A stretch of 64,000 nt of DNA from Coleofasciculus chthonoplastes F2-STO-03 (GCA_040222015.1 JAVJWO010000195.1:74721-138720); one strand, 5' to 3'; numbered from the stretch's first letter, positions 10,601 through 20,462 are shown. Translations and numbers: made by a program. Notes: generated by a model from the letters alone, not told the origin.

Positions 10601-11175
10601 AATAACTTCGCTTCCGTTTCCTCCGCCCCATTCGCCACAAACCAGGCGATCGCTAAATTATTCATCTGCTGCACCAGAAAGGAATTCGCTACAGATGACA
10701 GGGCTTGTTCGGCTTGGGAATCACTGAGACGTCCCGGACGCAGGGTTTTCAGCAAGGCAATCAATTGGGGATCAACCAGAGGTTCCTCAGCATTCGGTGA
10801 CGCCGGAACTTGGGCGCGATTCACCCAAGGTCTTCGCAGTTGGGCTTCTTGGGCTAAAAGTCCTTGTAAAGCGTTCAGATACGCCACCTGAAAACTCAGC
10901 CAGGTGCCTTCACTCCGGCGTAAGGGCTTCTTGCGACTCAAAATCCGCAGCAACCCCACCGTTAACTGAGACAAAATCGGCGCGACTTGCCAAGCGACAG
11001 TTAACGGTAACTCCAACACTTCGGTCAAGACACTAATCGCAAAGGGATTCAGACTCTTAACCTCCATGTCTTGGGCAATGCGAAACGCAATGCCCGCCAA
11101 CTGGGCGTTATCCTGTCCCAGTTGGGCAAGTTCAATGTGGCGTTCTGCTAGCCAATTGCGAATGCTTAGGCTCAT
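7681..11175 (-). CDS. NACHT/STAND NTPase with C-terminal pentapeptide repeats and acidic repeat tail
   Basis: Walker A ADGGCGKT, Walker B LILDGLNE, ILTSRP, PLMLYL, EFSHPSLGDYL; ANLxx repeats; repeated SET.QY.GET.Q. Confidence 0.85.
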   Translation of the reverse strand: MSLSIRNWLAERHIELAQLGQDNAQLAGIAFRIAQDMEVKSLNPFAISVLTEVLELPLTVAWQVAPILSQLTVGLLRILSRKKPLRRSEGTWLSFQVAYLNALQGLLAQEAQLRRPWVNRAQVPASPNAEEPLVDPQLIALLKTLRPGRLSDSQAEQALSSVANSFLVQQMNNLAIAWFVANGAEETEAKLLTQRLSNGLAGHLLKVIAENALPLAQLQKFVRLGHLSNTLTTPPEEDEEEEFSTPQLTLDLDREYYRAELSRSLSEPLFAEPFSLKEIYVSLNGRRLPTTLGQENRERRRQNDLDPAYLAAASSPPTDLMAWVMSQLNDKNSIAVIEADGGCGKTSFCQMLAARVAQELYPQWMPVIIRLRDVTLGQTLEQTLETAFPVGRFTDTDGWFSRSSPPCLLILDGLNELPRSPQTERHLWTFMDQVMRFHTQKSGSNSPRHKIILTSRPVTLDGVLARKYRHSSLPPLQSRLQRIAIEPMAKEEFRKWFLQWAKLQSKSIAQSYFNFLKHGGVFQPQSPHPDLVALLTRPLMLYLVGILHRDALIDDRIFKMSPAEVKFEIYDRICRWLLGEPTSGSGPPLELIREGLSHAGRSLEAIANLLEGRSPQKLRRQMQGTALTILQTGQNQVTQTVIQNRFQNQETTTDSFTQPLPTFFFRTQPRDKAGDWMKSSPRQSFASQKAASAPLSIEFSHPSLGDYLAAEEIALQLKALTQKLPNPYGEVSFVIDSSLHLAEHLYQLLGYGLLSPQIEELVIERLRREQQRNADAFSFPVLFQRLYRFYRAYCRGRWFDEGVAHRVHEQLRDLNNPLNTLQIDATVGLNVFLVLCSATREANLPFWPCGNPEIPQEFDADQLLSFMGRTVALSPTTFWQRARGSLAQIHLPQACLNRVMLAEANLVHADLSTAELSGINLAAANLQQANLAWASLVGANLADADLKGAQLEGANLLGADLRGANLTSANLTNACLVDAQLDEPNQQFAVKSGAFFSWDEFQSYYQSLVVSPFVKTIEEEHLFEDDPMIFIESAEGELMLPTIYSQGSDRYDGETEQFDRERLNAQATVSETDQYAGETAQVDEWVTEAPVSDTEQYSGDTQQLDEMGQYPSVSDTEQYAGETAQVNKWELSESETEEEQLEAGAEQETGVFHEDTIMLDEEDD

Positions 11176-11319
11176 GCCACCCTAACTACTCCAAAACGAT
11201 TCCTCATCCTATTGTGGACTCTATTGAACTCAATACGAATCACCCAAATTTACGGTTGATTGGGAATACAATGATGCACAATAAACGGTGAACAATGAAT
11301 TATCAGTTGTTGTCTATCT

Positions 11320-13140
11320 GTGTCCAAACGAGACGTGCCCCGATTTCATCTCCATACTTCCCTGCCTGCTCGCAAACCTCGGGGACATAAGTTAGTCATC
11401 CGACTTGCAAGAGGCTCTAAGGCATCGAGTTTAGCAGAAACGGGACACTTAAACGCTAAAGTTGTCCGCAACAGGCGCTCAAACCCAGACCGCCAACGCC
11501 GCCAACGGGAGTTGTGGCGATGGTCATTGCTGTGGTTGATCATTGTGTCCGTTGTTGGCAGCATGGTTGTTGGTGGTACATTATTACTCACCCGATTGCC
11601 ACCTCCGGCAAATTGCCAACGCATTTCTCCTTTATCCACGGATAGCGAACGATTATACTGCGCTCAACTGGCTGCCCAATCCGGAGAATTTGAGCAACTG
11701 CTAAACGCGATCGCGATCGTGCAATATTGGTCGCCTAACCATTCCCTATATCCCCAGGCGCAGCAACTGCTACGGGAATGGTCCGAGAGGGTGCTGCAAT
11801 TTGCCCGGGAAACCCTGAATCAGGGAAACTATACCGATGCCCTGAAAATGGCGATGCAAATTCCGGTCAGTAGTCCCCTGTATCCCGAAGCTCAAGCCCA
11901 AATCGCCACCTGGAAACAGGAACGAATCGAGGCTCAGGCAATTGTCAGTCAAGTTCAAGATGCCCTGAAAGTGCAAAACTGGCAACAGGCAGCTAAGTTA
12001 ATTAGCCAACTGTCACGCTTCAATGACCAATACTGGAGTGTATCCCGCTATGATACCCTGACCCAACAGTTGGCGGCGGAAAAACAGGCGTGGACGCAAC
12101 TGCAAGAAGCACGAGATTTAGCCCAATCGAATCAATTGGCAAAGATCGAGCAAGCGATCGCTTTGGCTGCCAAGGTTGATCCTAACAGCTATATTAAAGC
12201 CCAAGCTCAGAGTGATCTGTCGAATTGGAGTCGCACGTTACTTAAAATTGCTGCCACTCGCTTCCAAAATCAAGAGTATCAGGGGGTTATTGAGGTTGCT
12301 CAAGGAATTCCGATTAATACATCCCTGTATCAAGAGGCTCAAGATTGGTTACGTTTAGGGCAAGCTGGGAAACTGGTACAACAAAACACCATTCTTGCCT
12401 TCATCGACGCCTTAACTGCCGTTCGTCAACTGGATGACAACAGTCCGGTGCAGCCGTTAACCGCCGCCCAAGCCATTCAGTGGGAGGCTCAACTCCAAGA
12501 TCGCCTCCAGTTACGCCTTGCCCAAATGACTGCCAGCTTTGAGCAACGCCCCTTGCTACAGATGGCAATCGACCAAGCTACTCTCATCACACCCGATCGC
12601 CCCCAGCGTATCGAAGCACAGACACACATTGCCCAATGGCGCAAACAAATTCAACATATCGACGATCGCAATACCCTCAGAACTGCCCAACAGCTTGCCG
12701 CAGGTGGCACCATTGATCAATTAAACGCCGCCGTCACCCAAGCCCGTAAAATTGAGCCAGGTCAACCCCTACGCCCCGAAGCCCAAACTTCGATCACCCA
12801 ATGGAATCGTCAAATCGAAACCCTAGAAGATCAACCCATCCTCGACTTAGCCCGCGCCTTCGCCCAACGCCGGGATTTAATCGCCGCCATTTCCACCGCC
12901 AATCAGATTCGTCCAGGTCGAATGCTGTATGCTGAAGCTCAAAGCGCGATCGCCCAATGGGTTGCCCAAATTCAAACTGCCCAAGATCGTCCCATCCTAG
13001 AAGCCGCCGCCGCCCTAGCCGCCCAAGGACGATTTGACGCCGCCATAGCCACCGCTGCCCAGATTACCCCAGAACGGGCGCTTTACCAACAAGCCCAAGC
13101 TGCAATTAGTCAGTGGCAATTCCAACAGAATGGAGGGTAG
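11320..13140 (+). CDS. Membrane-anchored helical-repeat hypothetical protein
   Basis: One TM segment followed by repeats of A..I.P...LY..AQ..I.QW. Confidence 0.75.
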   Translation: MSKRDVPRFHLHTSLPARKPRGHKLVIRLARGSKASSLAETGHLNAKVVRNRRSNPDRQRRQRELWRWSLLWLIIVSVVGSMVVGGTLLLTRLPPPANCQRISPLSTDSERLYCAQLAAQSGEFEQLLNAIAIVQYWSPNHSLYPQAQQLLREWSERVLQFARETLNQGNYTDALKMAMQIPVSSPLYPEAQAQIATWKQERIEAQAIVSQVQDALKVQNWQQAAKLISQLSRFNDQYWSVSRYDTLTQQLAAEKQAWTQLQEARDLAQSNQLAKIEQAIALAAKVDPNSYIKAQAQSDLSNWSRTLLKIAATRFQNQEYQGVIEVAQGIPINTSLYQEAQDWLRLGQAGKLVQQNTILAFIDALTAVRQLDDNSPVQPLTAAQAIQWEAQLQDRLQLRLAQMTASFEQRPLLQMAIDQATLITPDRPQRIEAQTHIAQWRKQIQHIDDRNTLRTAQQLAAGGTIDQLNAAVTQARKIEPGQPLRPEAQTSITQWNRQIETLEDQPILDLARAFAQRRDLIAAISTANQIRPGRMLYAEAQSAIAQWVAQIQTAQDRPILEAAAALAAQGRFDAAIATAAQITPERALYQQAQAAISQWQFQQNGG

Positions 13141-13295
13141 AAGATGGGGAGATGGGGAAGCAGGGGAAGCAGGGGGAGCAGGGGAAGCAGGGGAGATAGG
13201 GGAGATAGGGAAGATGGGGAAGCTGGGGAAGCTGGGGAAGATGGGGAAGATGGGGAAGATGGGGAAGATGGGGAAGATGGGGAAGATGGGGAAGG
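13141..13295. repeat. Purine-rich 9-mer tandem array (GGGGAAGAT / GGGGAAGCA variants)
   Basis: Visible tandem repeats. Confidence 0.9.
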
Positions 13296-13328
13296 TAAAT
13301 GATCCATGACTAGAAAAGGGTTTTATGT

Positions 13329-13389
13329 GTAGGGGCGGGTTTCACTACTATCATTTTTTTGTTCACCCTAATGTCACTAAACCCGCCCT
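13329..13389. repeat. GTAG-type REP-like inverted pair
   Basis: GTAGGGGCGGGTTT...AAACCCGCCC. Confidence 0.8.
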
Positions 13390-13401
13390 GTCTAAATGAA
13401 G

Positions 13402-13530
13402 AATGACAAATGACGAATGACAAATGACGAATGACAAATGACGAATGACAAATGACGAATGACAAATGACAAATGACGAATAACGAATGACGAATGACAA
13501 ATGACGAATAACGAATGACAAATGACGAAT
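13402..13530. repeat. Mixed heptamer STRR array (AATGACA / AATGACG)
   Basis: Tandem 7-mers running into the start of the next gene. Confidence 0.9.
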
Positions 13531-15270
13531 CAATCCACTCAAATCCTACTTATTGACGATGACCCAATTTTCCGATTAGGTTTAGTCACTGCCCTGGAAG
13601 CCTTTGCTGATTTAGATATCGTGGCTGAAGTTGATACAGCAACGGTGGCATTGGAACGCCTAACCACCTTACTACCCCAAGAACAGGTTAATTTAATTAT
13701 CTTAGACTTGGCACTAGGGCGATCGCTCGGCAGTCCCCTAACCGGACTATCCTTGTGCCAGCAACTTAAGACGGATTATCCCAATCTGTCCATCTTACTG
13801 CTAACCGCCCCATCTGAATTCAACCAACTCACTGCCGCCAAACGCTTGGGCGTGGAAGGGTACTGTGCTAAAGGATGTGCTATCACCTTAATTGTGGAAG
13901 CCATTCGACAAGTTAAAGCGGGTGAATCCTATTGGCAGATGTTACCTACCCCTGCCAATTCATTACCTCCTCCCCGTTGGCATACTCAATTACGACAGTC
14001 AGGATTACAACAAATTGAAGCGGCTTTAAAACAGGTAACGGCACAACTTCAACAGGGTAATTTATCCCGCCTAGATTGGTTATTTTGGACGGGACGCCGC
14101 CGAGAGTTATTGACAGCCCGTTGGCTGGTGAATCAGCTATTACCTATAGATTCCGGACTTGTCCCCTCTAATAATAGTAATAGCCCTGCTGAACCTTTAC
14201 CCCTTTTAAACCCTTCATCGTCTCGTCCTCCTGTCTCCCAAAATCGTCTGCGTCAATCCCCCACCAGTGCCTTATCCAAAACCTCCTCTGAGGCGTTGCA
14301 GTTTCAACCGTCCACACCCCAGGCGGTGACGTTGACCAAACTGGATTCTAGTTTGGCAAATTTGACGAATACTCCCTTGGAAATCGATATTCTGCAAGTG
14401 GAGAGACGCCGGGAATTACTGCGTACTGTCTTATACAAGTTCGAGGAAATGCTGGATGCTTTGCGCTTTTCCCAGGTGACGATGGAGCAATTGACCCAGA
14501 AGCGATCGCGCTTATTACATGATTTATGGCAGGTTTCTCTAACTGACTTTTTTGGTCAATACTCAACCTTAGTTATCGGCAATCAAACCATCGAAATGGT
14601 TGAGATTTTGCGGCAAGATCGGGATGTAGTGCAAACGGCTATTTTGGATAAAATTCCTTTGGTAATTGAGGTGTTAGAAAATCGCCTTTTTGAAGCACCC
14701 TTGATGATTGATAATGTATCCTATCCTGCACATACGCCTGAAGCAATGGCGCGAGCAGAATTATTGTTACAGAATCTAATCATTCAAGTTGCTAATGGGG
14801 TAATTCAACCCCTGCTAAACGAATTTTCTGATATTGAAATTGTTAAACATAATTTTTATGACAAACGATTAATATCCTCACGAGAAATTACCAGATTTAG
14901 AAATAATTTATCCTGGAAATATCGGCGGAACCAATATATCGATGAACCCCAAGCAATTTTTGAAAGTCGCTATGATTTATTTGTTTTGAGCGATATTGGC
15001 ATCAAAAAAGTCGCCATTTATTCCCCTAGACGCCAAGAATTAGAACAACTACAGGGTACTCAACTAGCCGTCACCATCGCCTATGAACTTCGGGATGCGA
15101 TCGCGCCGCGTTTACGGGGAACAGTCGCCTGGGTTGGTAAAGGTGTGGTTTATGTGTTGACGCAAGTCTTAGGGCGAGGAATTGGTTTAATTCTACGGGG
15201 CGTTATTCAAGGCGTGGGTAGCGCATGGCAAGATACATGGTTTGGTAAAAATGGGGAACGGGGGAAGTAA
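13522..15270 (+). CDS. ycf55: Ycf55/DUF3685-type protein with N-terminal receiver domain
   Basis: LLIDDD..FRLGL receiver start, IILDL, CAKG; C-terminal SSREITRFRNNLSW and RDAIAPRL...GRGIGLI.RG motifs. Confidence 0.8.
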   Translation: MTNQSTQILLIDDDPIFRLGLVTALEAFADLDIVAEVDTATVALERLTTLLPQEQVNLIILDLALGRSLGSPLTGLSLCQQLKTDYPNLSILLLTAPSEFNQLTAAKRLGVEGYCAKGCAITLIVEAIRQVKAGESYWQMLPTPANSLPPPRWHTQLRQSGLQQIEAALKQVTAQLQQGNLSRLDWLFWTGRRRELLTARWLVNQLLPIDSGLVPSNNSNSPAEPLPLLNPSSSRPPVSQNRLRQSPTSALSKTSSEALQFQPSTPQAVTLTKLDSSLANLTNTPLEIDILQVERRRELLRTVLYKFEEMLDALRFSQVTMEQLTQKRSRLLHDLWQVSLTDFFGQYSTLVIGNQTIEMVEILRQDRDVVQTAILDKIPLVIEVLENRLFEAPLMIDNVSYPAHTPEAMARAELLLQNLIIQVANGVIQPLLNEFSDIEIVKHNFYDKRLISSREITRFRNNLSWKYRRNQYIDEPQAIFESRYDLFVLSDIGIKKVAIYSPRRQELEQLQGTQLAVTIAYELRDAIAPRLRGTVAWVGKGVVYVLTQVLGRGIGLILRGVIQGVGSAWQDTWFGKNGERGK

Positions 15271-15377
15271 TAGTAATTATGGGTATTCAAGCGAACATGA
15301 TATTAAACCTTATTTGAATCATGGCAAAATTATTGTAGTGCGAGCATCTTGCTCGCTACTACAACATAGAGGCGGAT

Positions 15378-16794
15378 GTGAACTACTCAGGCTTACTTCG
15401 TTGAAGCCTGAGCTTCTGACTTCACTGGGGATTGCGTCAGCTTAGTACAGACGCGCCATGGCGCGTCTCTACGCCCAAGCTTCGGTCTCACATCCCCTCT
15501 ATCAGCAGCAGTCCCAGTCCCTGAGACCGATAAAATTCTGATACCCTCTGCTCTAATGTTTATTGAGGCATTGCCGTCTCTATCATGATGAGTGCCGCAG
15601 CTAGGACAAGTCCAACTCCTAACCTCCAAGGGCATCTCGTCTACCTGATAATGACAGTTTGAGCAGAGTTTAGAGCTAGGAAACCATCGGTCAATCTCTA
15701 CCAGTACCTTGCCCTCTTTTTCGAGTTTGTACGATAGAAAATTGACAAACATTCCCCAGCCTACATCAGAAATAGATGCAGCTAGTTTGTGGTTCCGAAC
15801 CATGCCTTTAGTATTTAGACTTTCGACTACAATGACTTGGTTTTCGTCAACAAGCTTTCTCGATAGCTTATGTAAGTAGTCTTGGCGGACATTTGATACT
15901 CGTTCGTGAACCCTAGCTACCAGTTTTCTGGCTTTATTTCGTGACTTGCTTCCTTTCTCCTTTCTGTCTAATTTCCGTTGCTTCCGTTTGAGGTTGCGCT
16001 CGTGTTTGACTAAATGCTTGGGGTTAGCAAACTTAGAGGTTTTGACTCCATCATTAACAATGGCAAAGTCCTTCAGCCCTAAATCAATCCCGGCTACTTT
16101 GCCATCGGTGCTAACCGGTGGGCTATCCCCTTCTACCTCGGTCAAGACGGATGCAAAATACTTACCCGATGGGGTCATGCTGACTGTTACCGTCTTGATA
16201 GTTCCTTCAATTGGTCGGTGTATTTTAGCTTTGACTATGCCGACGCGACCGGGAAACTTGAGGCAATCATCAATAACCTTAACCGATTGGGGATACTGTA
16301 TGGACTGCTTATTCCTCTTGGCTTTAAACCTTGGGTATCTAGCTCTACCCTCGAAAAAGTTTTTATAGGCAGTTACTAGGTTGAGTGTAGTAGCCTGTAA
16401 TACTTGAGAATAGCACTCAGCCAACCATTCTGTTTTCTCCTGTTTTTTAAGTTGAGGAAGGAAGGCGTTTAGTGCTGAACGTGTCAAGCCTTTACCCGTT
16501 GCCTGATAGGTTTCAATGGACAAATTGAGTGCATAATTCCACCACCAACGGCTACAGCCAAAGTGTTGAGCTAATACCACTTGTTGTTCAATTGTCGGAT
16601 ATAGCCTGACAATGACTGCTTGATGTCGCATCGCTTTCACCTTATCTTACCACTATATACTATTTAGGGTAAGCTGGTCGGGAAGATGGGAAATTTCGTT
16701 CCTCAAATTTAACCCTGAGCGGAGTCGAAGGGTTCCCGCTGTCCATCCTCACCCTACTATCGTTGAGGGTGAGGACTTCCGCGACTACGTTAAG
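15378..16794 (-). mobile_element. IS200/IS605-family tnpB-only element; left boundary approximate
   Basis: Right end GAAG-CTCAGGCTT-loop-AAGCCTGAG-TAGT-TCAC; left-end hairpin TCCTCACCCT...AGGGTGAGGA at about 16746-16775. Confidence 0.85.
15393..16640 (-). CDS. tnpB: RNA-guided endonuclease TnpB with N-terminal HTH
   Basis: RLYPT..Q...FG..R..WN HTH; RuvC GIDLG, VESL, DRDGNA; CSNC/CPSC zinc finger. Confidence 0.95.
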   Translation of the reverse strand: MKAMRHQAVIVRLYPTIEQQVVLAQHFGCSRWWWNYALNLSIETYQATGKGLTRSALNAFLPQLKKQEKTEWLAECYSQVLQATTLNLVTAYKNFFEGRARYPRFKAKRNKQSIQYPQSVKVIDDCLKFPGRVGIVKAKIHRPIEGTIKTVTVSMTPSGKYFASVLTEVEGDSPPVSTDGKVAGIDLGLKDFAIVNDGVKTSKFANPKHLVKHERNLKRKQRKLDRKEKGSKSRNKARKLVARVHERVSNVRQDYLHKLSRKLVDENQVIVVESLNTKGMVRNHKLAASISDVGWGMFVNFLSYKLEKEGKVLVEIDRWFPSSKLCSNCHYQVDEMPLEVRSWTCPSCGTHHDRDGNASINIRAEGIRILSVSGTGTAADRGDVRPKLGRRDAPWRVCTKLTQSPVKSEAQASTK

Positions 16795-16814
16795 ATGTGC
16801 CTGGATCAGACTCC

Positions 16815-16905
16815 CAGGACTTACGCAGGTACACCACATATCGTGGCAATGGTGCGTTACGCTACGCTAACGCACCCTACAGATAGAGGTGTTGCGTAAG
16901 TCCTA
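16815..16905. mobile_element. MITE, 91 bp, 13-bp TIRs and 5-bp TSD
   Basis: CAGGACTTACGCA / TGCGTAAGTCCTA flanked by ACTCC at 16810-16814 and 16906-16910; internal REP hairpin GGTGCGTTA...TAACGCACC. Confidence 0.85.
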
Positions 16906-17065
16906 ACTCCGTTACATAAGACTTACTCAAACTGGGCAATAGTGGTTAAAGGTGTCCAGCTTTTTAATTACAGCTAACCACCCTTGAAATGGCTAAACTT
17001 GCCCCGATAAAGGCAGAATAGTTGGGCTTGCCCCGATATTTAGAGGCTGATTAATTGGAAACTCC

Positions 17066-17455
17066 TTAGGCTAAAGTTTCTGGGCAGTATCCTAGTCCCA
17101 TGGTAAACTGTTGGCGAAACGCTTCAATATCAGTCTTGTCAGGGTTACCATGAGATACCACAGCGACTTGATAGCGACGCATGACATCGATGGGAGATTG
17201 TCCGGTATCGAGGCTCCAAAACGCCATTTGCAAGCGCATGTCGGGTTGGAACGGAATTCCCAATTCGCGCATGAAGGCTTGGAAATCTCCATGTTGCTGA
17301 GGCGTGAGGGGATGGTTCATTTTAACTTTAATGACCCAGCCGTCAATTTGATGAATCACTGTTGTATATTGAACGGGAAGCTGGATCATGGAGTGGAGGT
17401 ACTCAACCACTCGCAGTGTCAAACTCGCATTGGCTAAAAAATAAAGGTAATCCAT
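17066..17455 (-). CDS. Conserved cyanobacterial hypothetical protein
   Basis: 129-aa ATG ORF divergent from queA, globular composition. Confidence 0.75.
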   Translation of the reverse strand: MDYLYFLANASLTLRVVEYLHSMIQLPVQYTTVIHQIDGWVIKVKMNHPLTPQQHGDFQAFMRELGIPFQPDMRLQMAFWSLDTGQSPIDVMRRYQVAVVSHGNPDKTDIEAFRQQFTMGLGYCPETLA

Positions 17456-17725
17456 AGGGCAGCTAGGGGTGGAGTCCAGGGAAGTGCTATACCTTCATTC
17501 TGACAACGGGGATCAGGAATTGGTAGGGGAAAAGCCCCCGCTCTCAACTGGGGGATCATACCCAATTCCGTTATTTTAGTTCTTGGTCATCTGTCTTTGG
17601 GGATTAGTACCCGATGGCACAAGACAAGTCGCGGTATAGAGTAGAGCTAAAACCATGAACCGTTTATTACCTACCCAATTTATCAAAAATTGCTCATAAG
17701 CTGTACTTGATCCGAAGAACCACCC

Positions 17726-18871
17726 ATGACCAATGACCTATTGCTTTCCAGCTATAACTATGATCTGCCAGAGGGTCAGATTGCTCAAACACCCATTTCT
17801 CCTAGAGATAGTTCTCTTTTGCTCGTGGTTCAGTCTCCAACTCATCACCAACACTTCATTTTCCGAAATTTACCTCAGTTATTGCGTTCCGGCGACCTGT
17901 TGGTTTTGAATAATACCCGGGTGATCCCGGCTCGACTTTATGGGCGGAAGGTAACGGGTACGCCTGTGGAAGTGTTGTTGCTAGAGGAACGGGGACAGAA
18001 CTGTTGGTTGGCATTGGTGAAACCGGGACGACGGCTAAAAGTGGGTTCAACGATAGTCTTTGAACCGGATCAACCTATCGTTCAAGCCAGTCATGGAAAG
18101 ACTCCCCTATCTTCAGAGGATACAGAAACACCAAGACAGGACAATACAAAGAATAGATCTCCCCTGAAGGCAACAATTATTGCCAGAGATGATGCAACCA
18201 GTGGGCGTCTATTGCAGTTTGACCTACCCAAGGGGGAGTCCCTAGTCACCCTGTTAGCCAACTATGGTCAAGTGCCTTTTCCGCCTTACATCACCCACTC
18301 TCAAGCCACACCCGATCAGTATCAAACCGTATACGCCCAAATCCCTGGTGCAGTAGCTGCGCCGACAGCCGGATTACATTTCACCCCTGAACTGTTGGAG
18401 AGGTGTCACATAAGCGGAATTGAGCAGGCGTCGATTACCTTGCATGTTGGTGTTGGCACATTTCGCCCAGTGGAGGTAGAAGATGTAACGAATCATCAAA
18501 TGCATGGCGAGTGGTTGGAGATACCCCCTGCAACGGTGGCACAAATTCAGCAAACAAAAGCCGCCGGGGGGCGGGTGATTGCCGTTGGCACAACCGTGGT
18601 TAGGGCGTTGGAAGGGGCAGCGGCGAGTGGGGAATTGCAACCCTATTGCGGCAAAACCGAATTATTTATTTATCCGGGCTATCAGTGGCAGGTGGTTGAT
18701 GGGTTGATTACCAACTTTCACTTGCCCCGTTCCACGTTGTTGATGCTCGTAAGTGCATTGATTGGCAGAGAACGACTGTTGAAGTTGTATGCTGAAGCGA
18801 TCGCGTATAATTATCGATTTTATTCCTTTGGTGATGCCATGCTGATTTTGCCAGAAGCTGTTAACCATTAA
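17726..18871 (+). CDS. queA: S-adenosylmethionine:tRNA ribosyltransferase-isomerase
   Basis: [47 protein letters not shown]. Confidence 0.97.
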   Translation: MTNDLLLSSYNYDLPEGQIAQTPISPRDSSLLLVVQSPTHHQHFIFRNLPQLLRSGDLLVLNNTRVIPARLYGRKVTGTPVEVLLLEERGQNCWLALVKPGRRLKVGSTIVFEPDQPIVQASHGKTPLSSEDTETPRQDNTKNRSPLKATIIARDDATSGRLLQFDLPKGESLVTLLANYGQVPFPPYITHSQATPDQYQTVYAQIPGAVAAPTAGLHFTPELLERCHISGIEQASITLHVGVGTFRPVEVEDVTNHQMHGEWLEIPPATVAQIQQTKAAGGRVIAVGTTVVRALEGAAASGELQPYCGKTELFIYPGYQWQVVDGLITNFHLPRSTLLMLVSALIGRERLLKLYAEAIAYNYRFYSFGDAMLILPEAVNH

Positions 18872-18978
18872 AGGGCAACCAATCGGGGAGTGAAATTGGC
18901 ACTATTAAGTAGGATAAAACGCTATAAACCCTTTCCCCCGCCCACATTCTTTATTCAATTTCCCAATCGTCTTCTACC

Positions 18979-20262
18979 ATGTCTAAACATTACCATCTCC
19001 GCTTTGGACTTGCCGCCGCCGCGATCGCACTCAGTTTCCTGTCGGTTAGTCCCGCCTTGTCCGATAGTCTACCCAAGCGCCAGCACAGTAAGCAGTTAGT
19101 TGAGGGACTATACACGAATGACCTCGAAGCGGCGACATTTTTTCAACAAGGTGTCATGCGCTATAATCGCAGCGACTTCAAAACCGCCGAGTTAGCCTTT
19201 CGCAAAGCCCTCCAGGAAGATCCGTTTATCCCGATGGCACGGTATTTACTGGGGAATGCCCTGTTTCAGCAAGGTCAAATTGACTCGGCGGCTGAACAAT
19301 ACCGCATGGCTATTGGTCTTGATCCGAATATGACAGAGGCGCATTACAATCTGGGCTTGATGTTATACCAGCAAGGCAATATCGAGGAAGCGATTAGTGC
19401 CTATCAACAGGCGATCGCGCTTGATCCCAATTTAGCCGCCGCTCGCTATAATTTGGGCTTAGCATTAGAAGCCCAAGGTGAGACCGAAGCAGCGCTGAGT
19501 GAATACACACAAGCCGTTCGCCTCAATCCCAACTCCGCTGTTGCTAAGTACAATTTGGCTTTACTCCTGGCAAAAGAGAACCAAACAGATTCCGCGATCG
19601 CGGCACTACGGCAAGCCCTTCGCAACGATTCCCAATTCATACAAGCCCATTACCAACTAGGATTGCTGTTAGCTCAACAAAACCAGATTACTGAAGCCAA
19701 AAATTCTTTTCTCAGAGCAACTCAAATCAATTCACGATTTGCACCGGCTCACTATCGGCTGGGGCTAATTTTTCTGCAACAAGGGGATGTAGAAGAAGCT
19801 ATTCGTCGATTTAATTGGGTAACGCAGCTCGATCCAGACAATGTGGATGCTTACCGCCAATTGGGAGCCGCGCTGATTAAAAACAGGGAATACGAGAACG
19901 CGATCGCGGCACTGGAACGCGCCATATCACTCGATCCTTACGATTCGCTAGCGCACTACAATTTAGCAGTAGCGCTGCATCGAAATCAGCAGTATGAGGA
20001 CGCGATTTCCGAATATCAACAAGCCATTCTACTCAATCCAAAACTATCACTCGCGTTTTACAATATGGGAATTGCCCTCCAGCAAGTTGGACGGGGACAA
20101 GAGGCAGTTTCTTTCCTTTTAGAAGCGAGAAATTTGTTTATTGAAGAAGGTAATTTGGAGAAAATTGATGCGGTTAACCAGTATCTAACCCAACTGAATA
20201 TTTCATCAAACCCATTGCCCAATTCATTCCAGCCAATGCCTGCAATAACCGCAGAACCTTAG
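18979..20262 (+). CDS. Tetratricopeptide repeat protein with signal peptide
   Basis: About ten 34-aa A.YNLG..L repeats. Confidence 0.9.
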   Translation: MSKHYHLRFGLAAAAIALSFLSVSPALSDSLPKRQHSKQLVEGLYTNDLEAATFFQQGVMRYNRSDFKTAELAFRKALQEDPFIPMARYLLGNALFQQGQIDSAAEQYRMAIGLDPNMTEAHYNLGLMLYQQGNIEEAISAYQQAIALDPNLAAARYNLGLALEAQGETEAALSEYTQAVRLNPNSAVAKYNLALLLAKENQTDSAIAALRQALRNDSQFIQAHYQLGLLLAQQNQITEAKNSFLRATQINSRFAPAHYRLGLIFLQQGDVEEAIRRFNWVTQLDPDNVDAYRQLGAALIKNREYENAIAALERAISLDPYDSLAHYNLAVALHRNQQYEDAISEYQQAILLNPKLSLAFYNMGIALQQVGRGQEAVSFLLEARNLFIEEGNLEKIDAVNQYLTQLNISSNPLPNSFQPMPAITAEP

Positions 20263-20462
20263 TCAACTTAACGGTTAACTGAGCGGTTGTAGACGTGGAG
20301 GTAACCGGAGCCGACTCCCTTGGCTGAGACGGGAAGAAAACATCAGATTTTAGCTTTAGCTAGGTTTGAGTAAGTTTTTCGGAGCAGTCCTACGCTAGAT
20401 AGTGTTGCTTGCGCTAGATTGTACTGTTATATAAAGACTGCCAGTACCTTGGAGTGTCATTC

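Noticed and set aside
13110..13307. (SPS)n ORF
   Set aside because: Translation of the 9-mer tandem array.
13141..13530. Tandem arrays as a possible CRISPR
   Set aside because: No unique spacers between repeats and no cas genes; no CRISPR array seen in the window.
3824..16640. TnpBs as nuclease-dead regulators (TldR) or Cas12
   Set aside because: Both keep the D-E-D triad, have IS ends, and have no CRISPR array.
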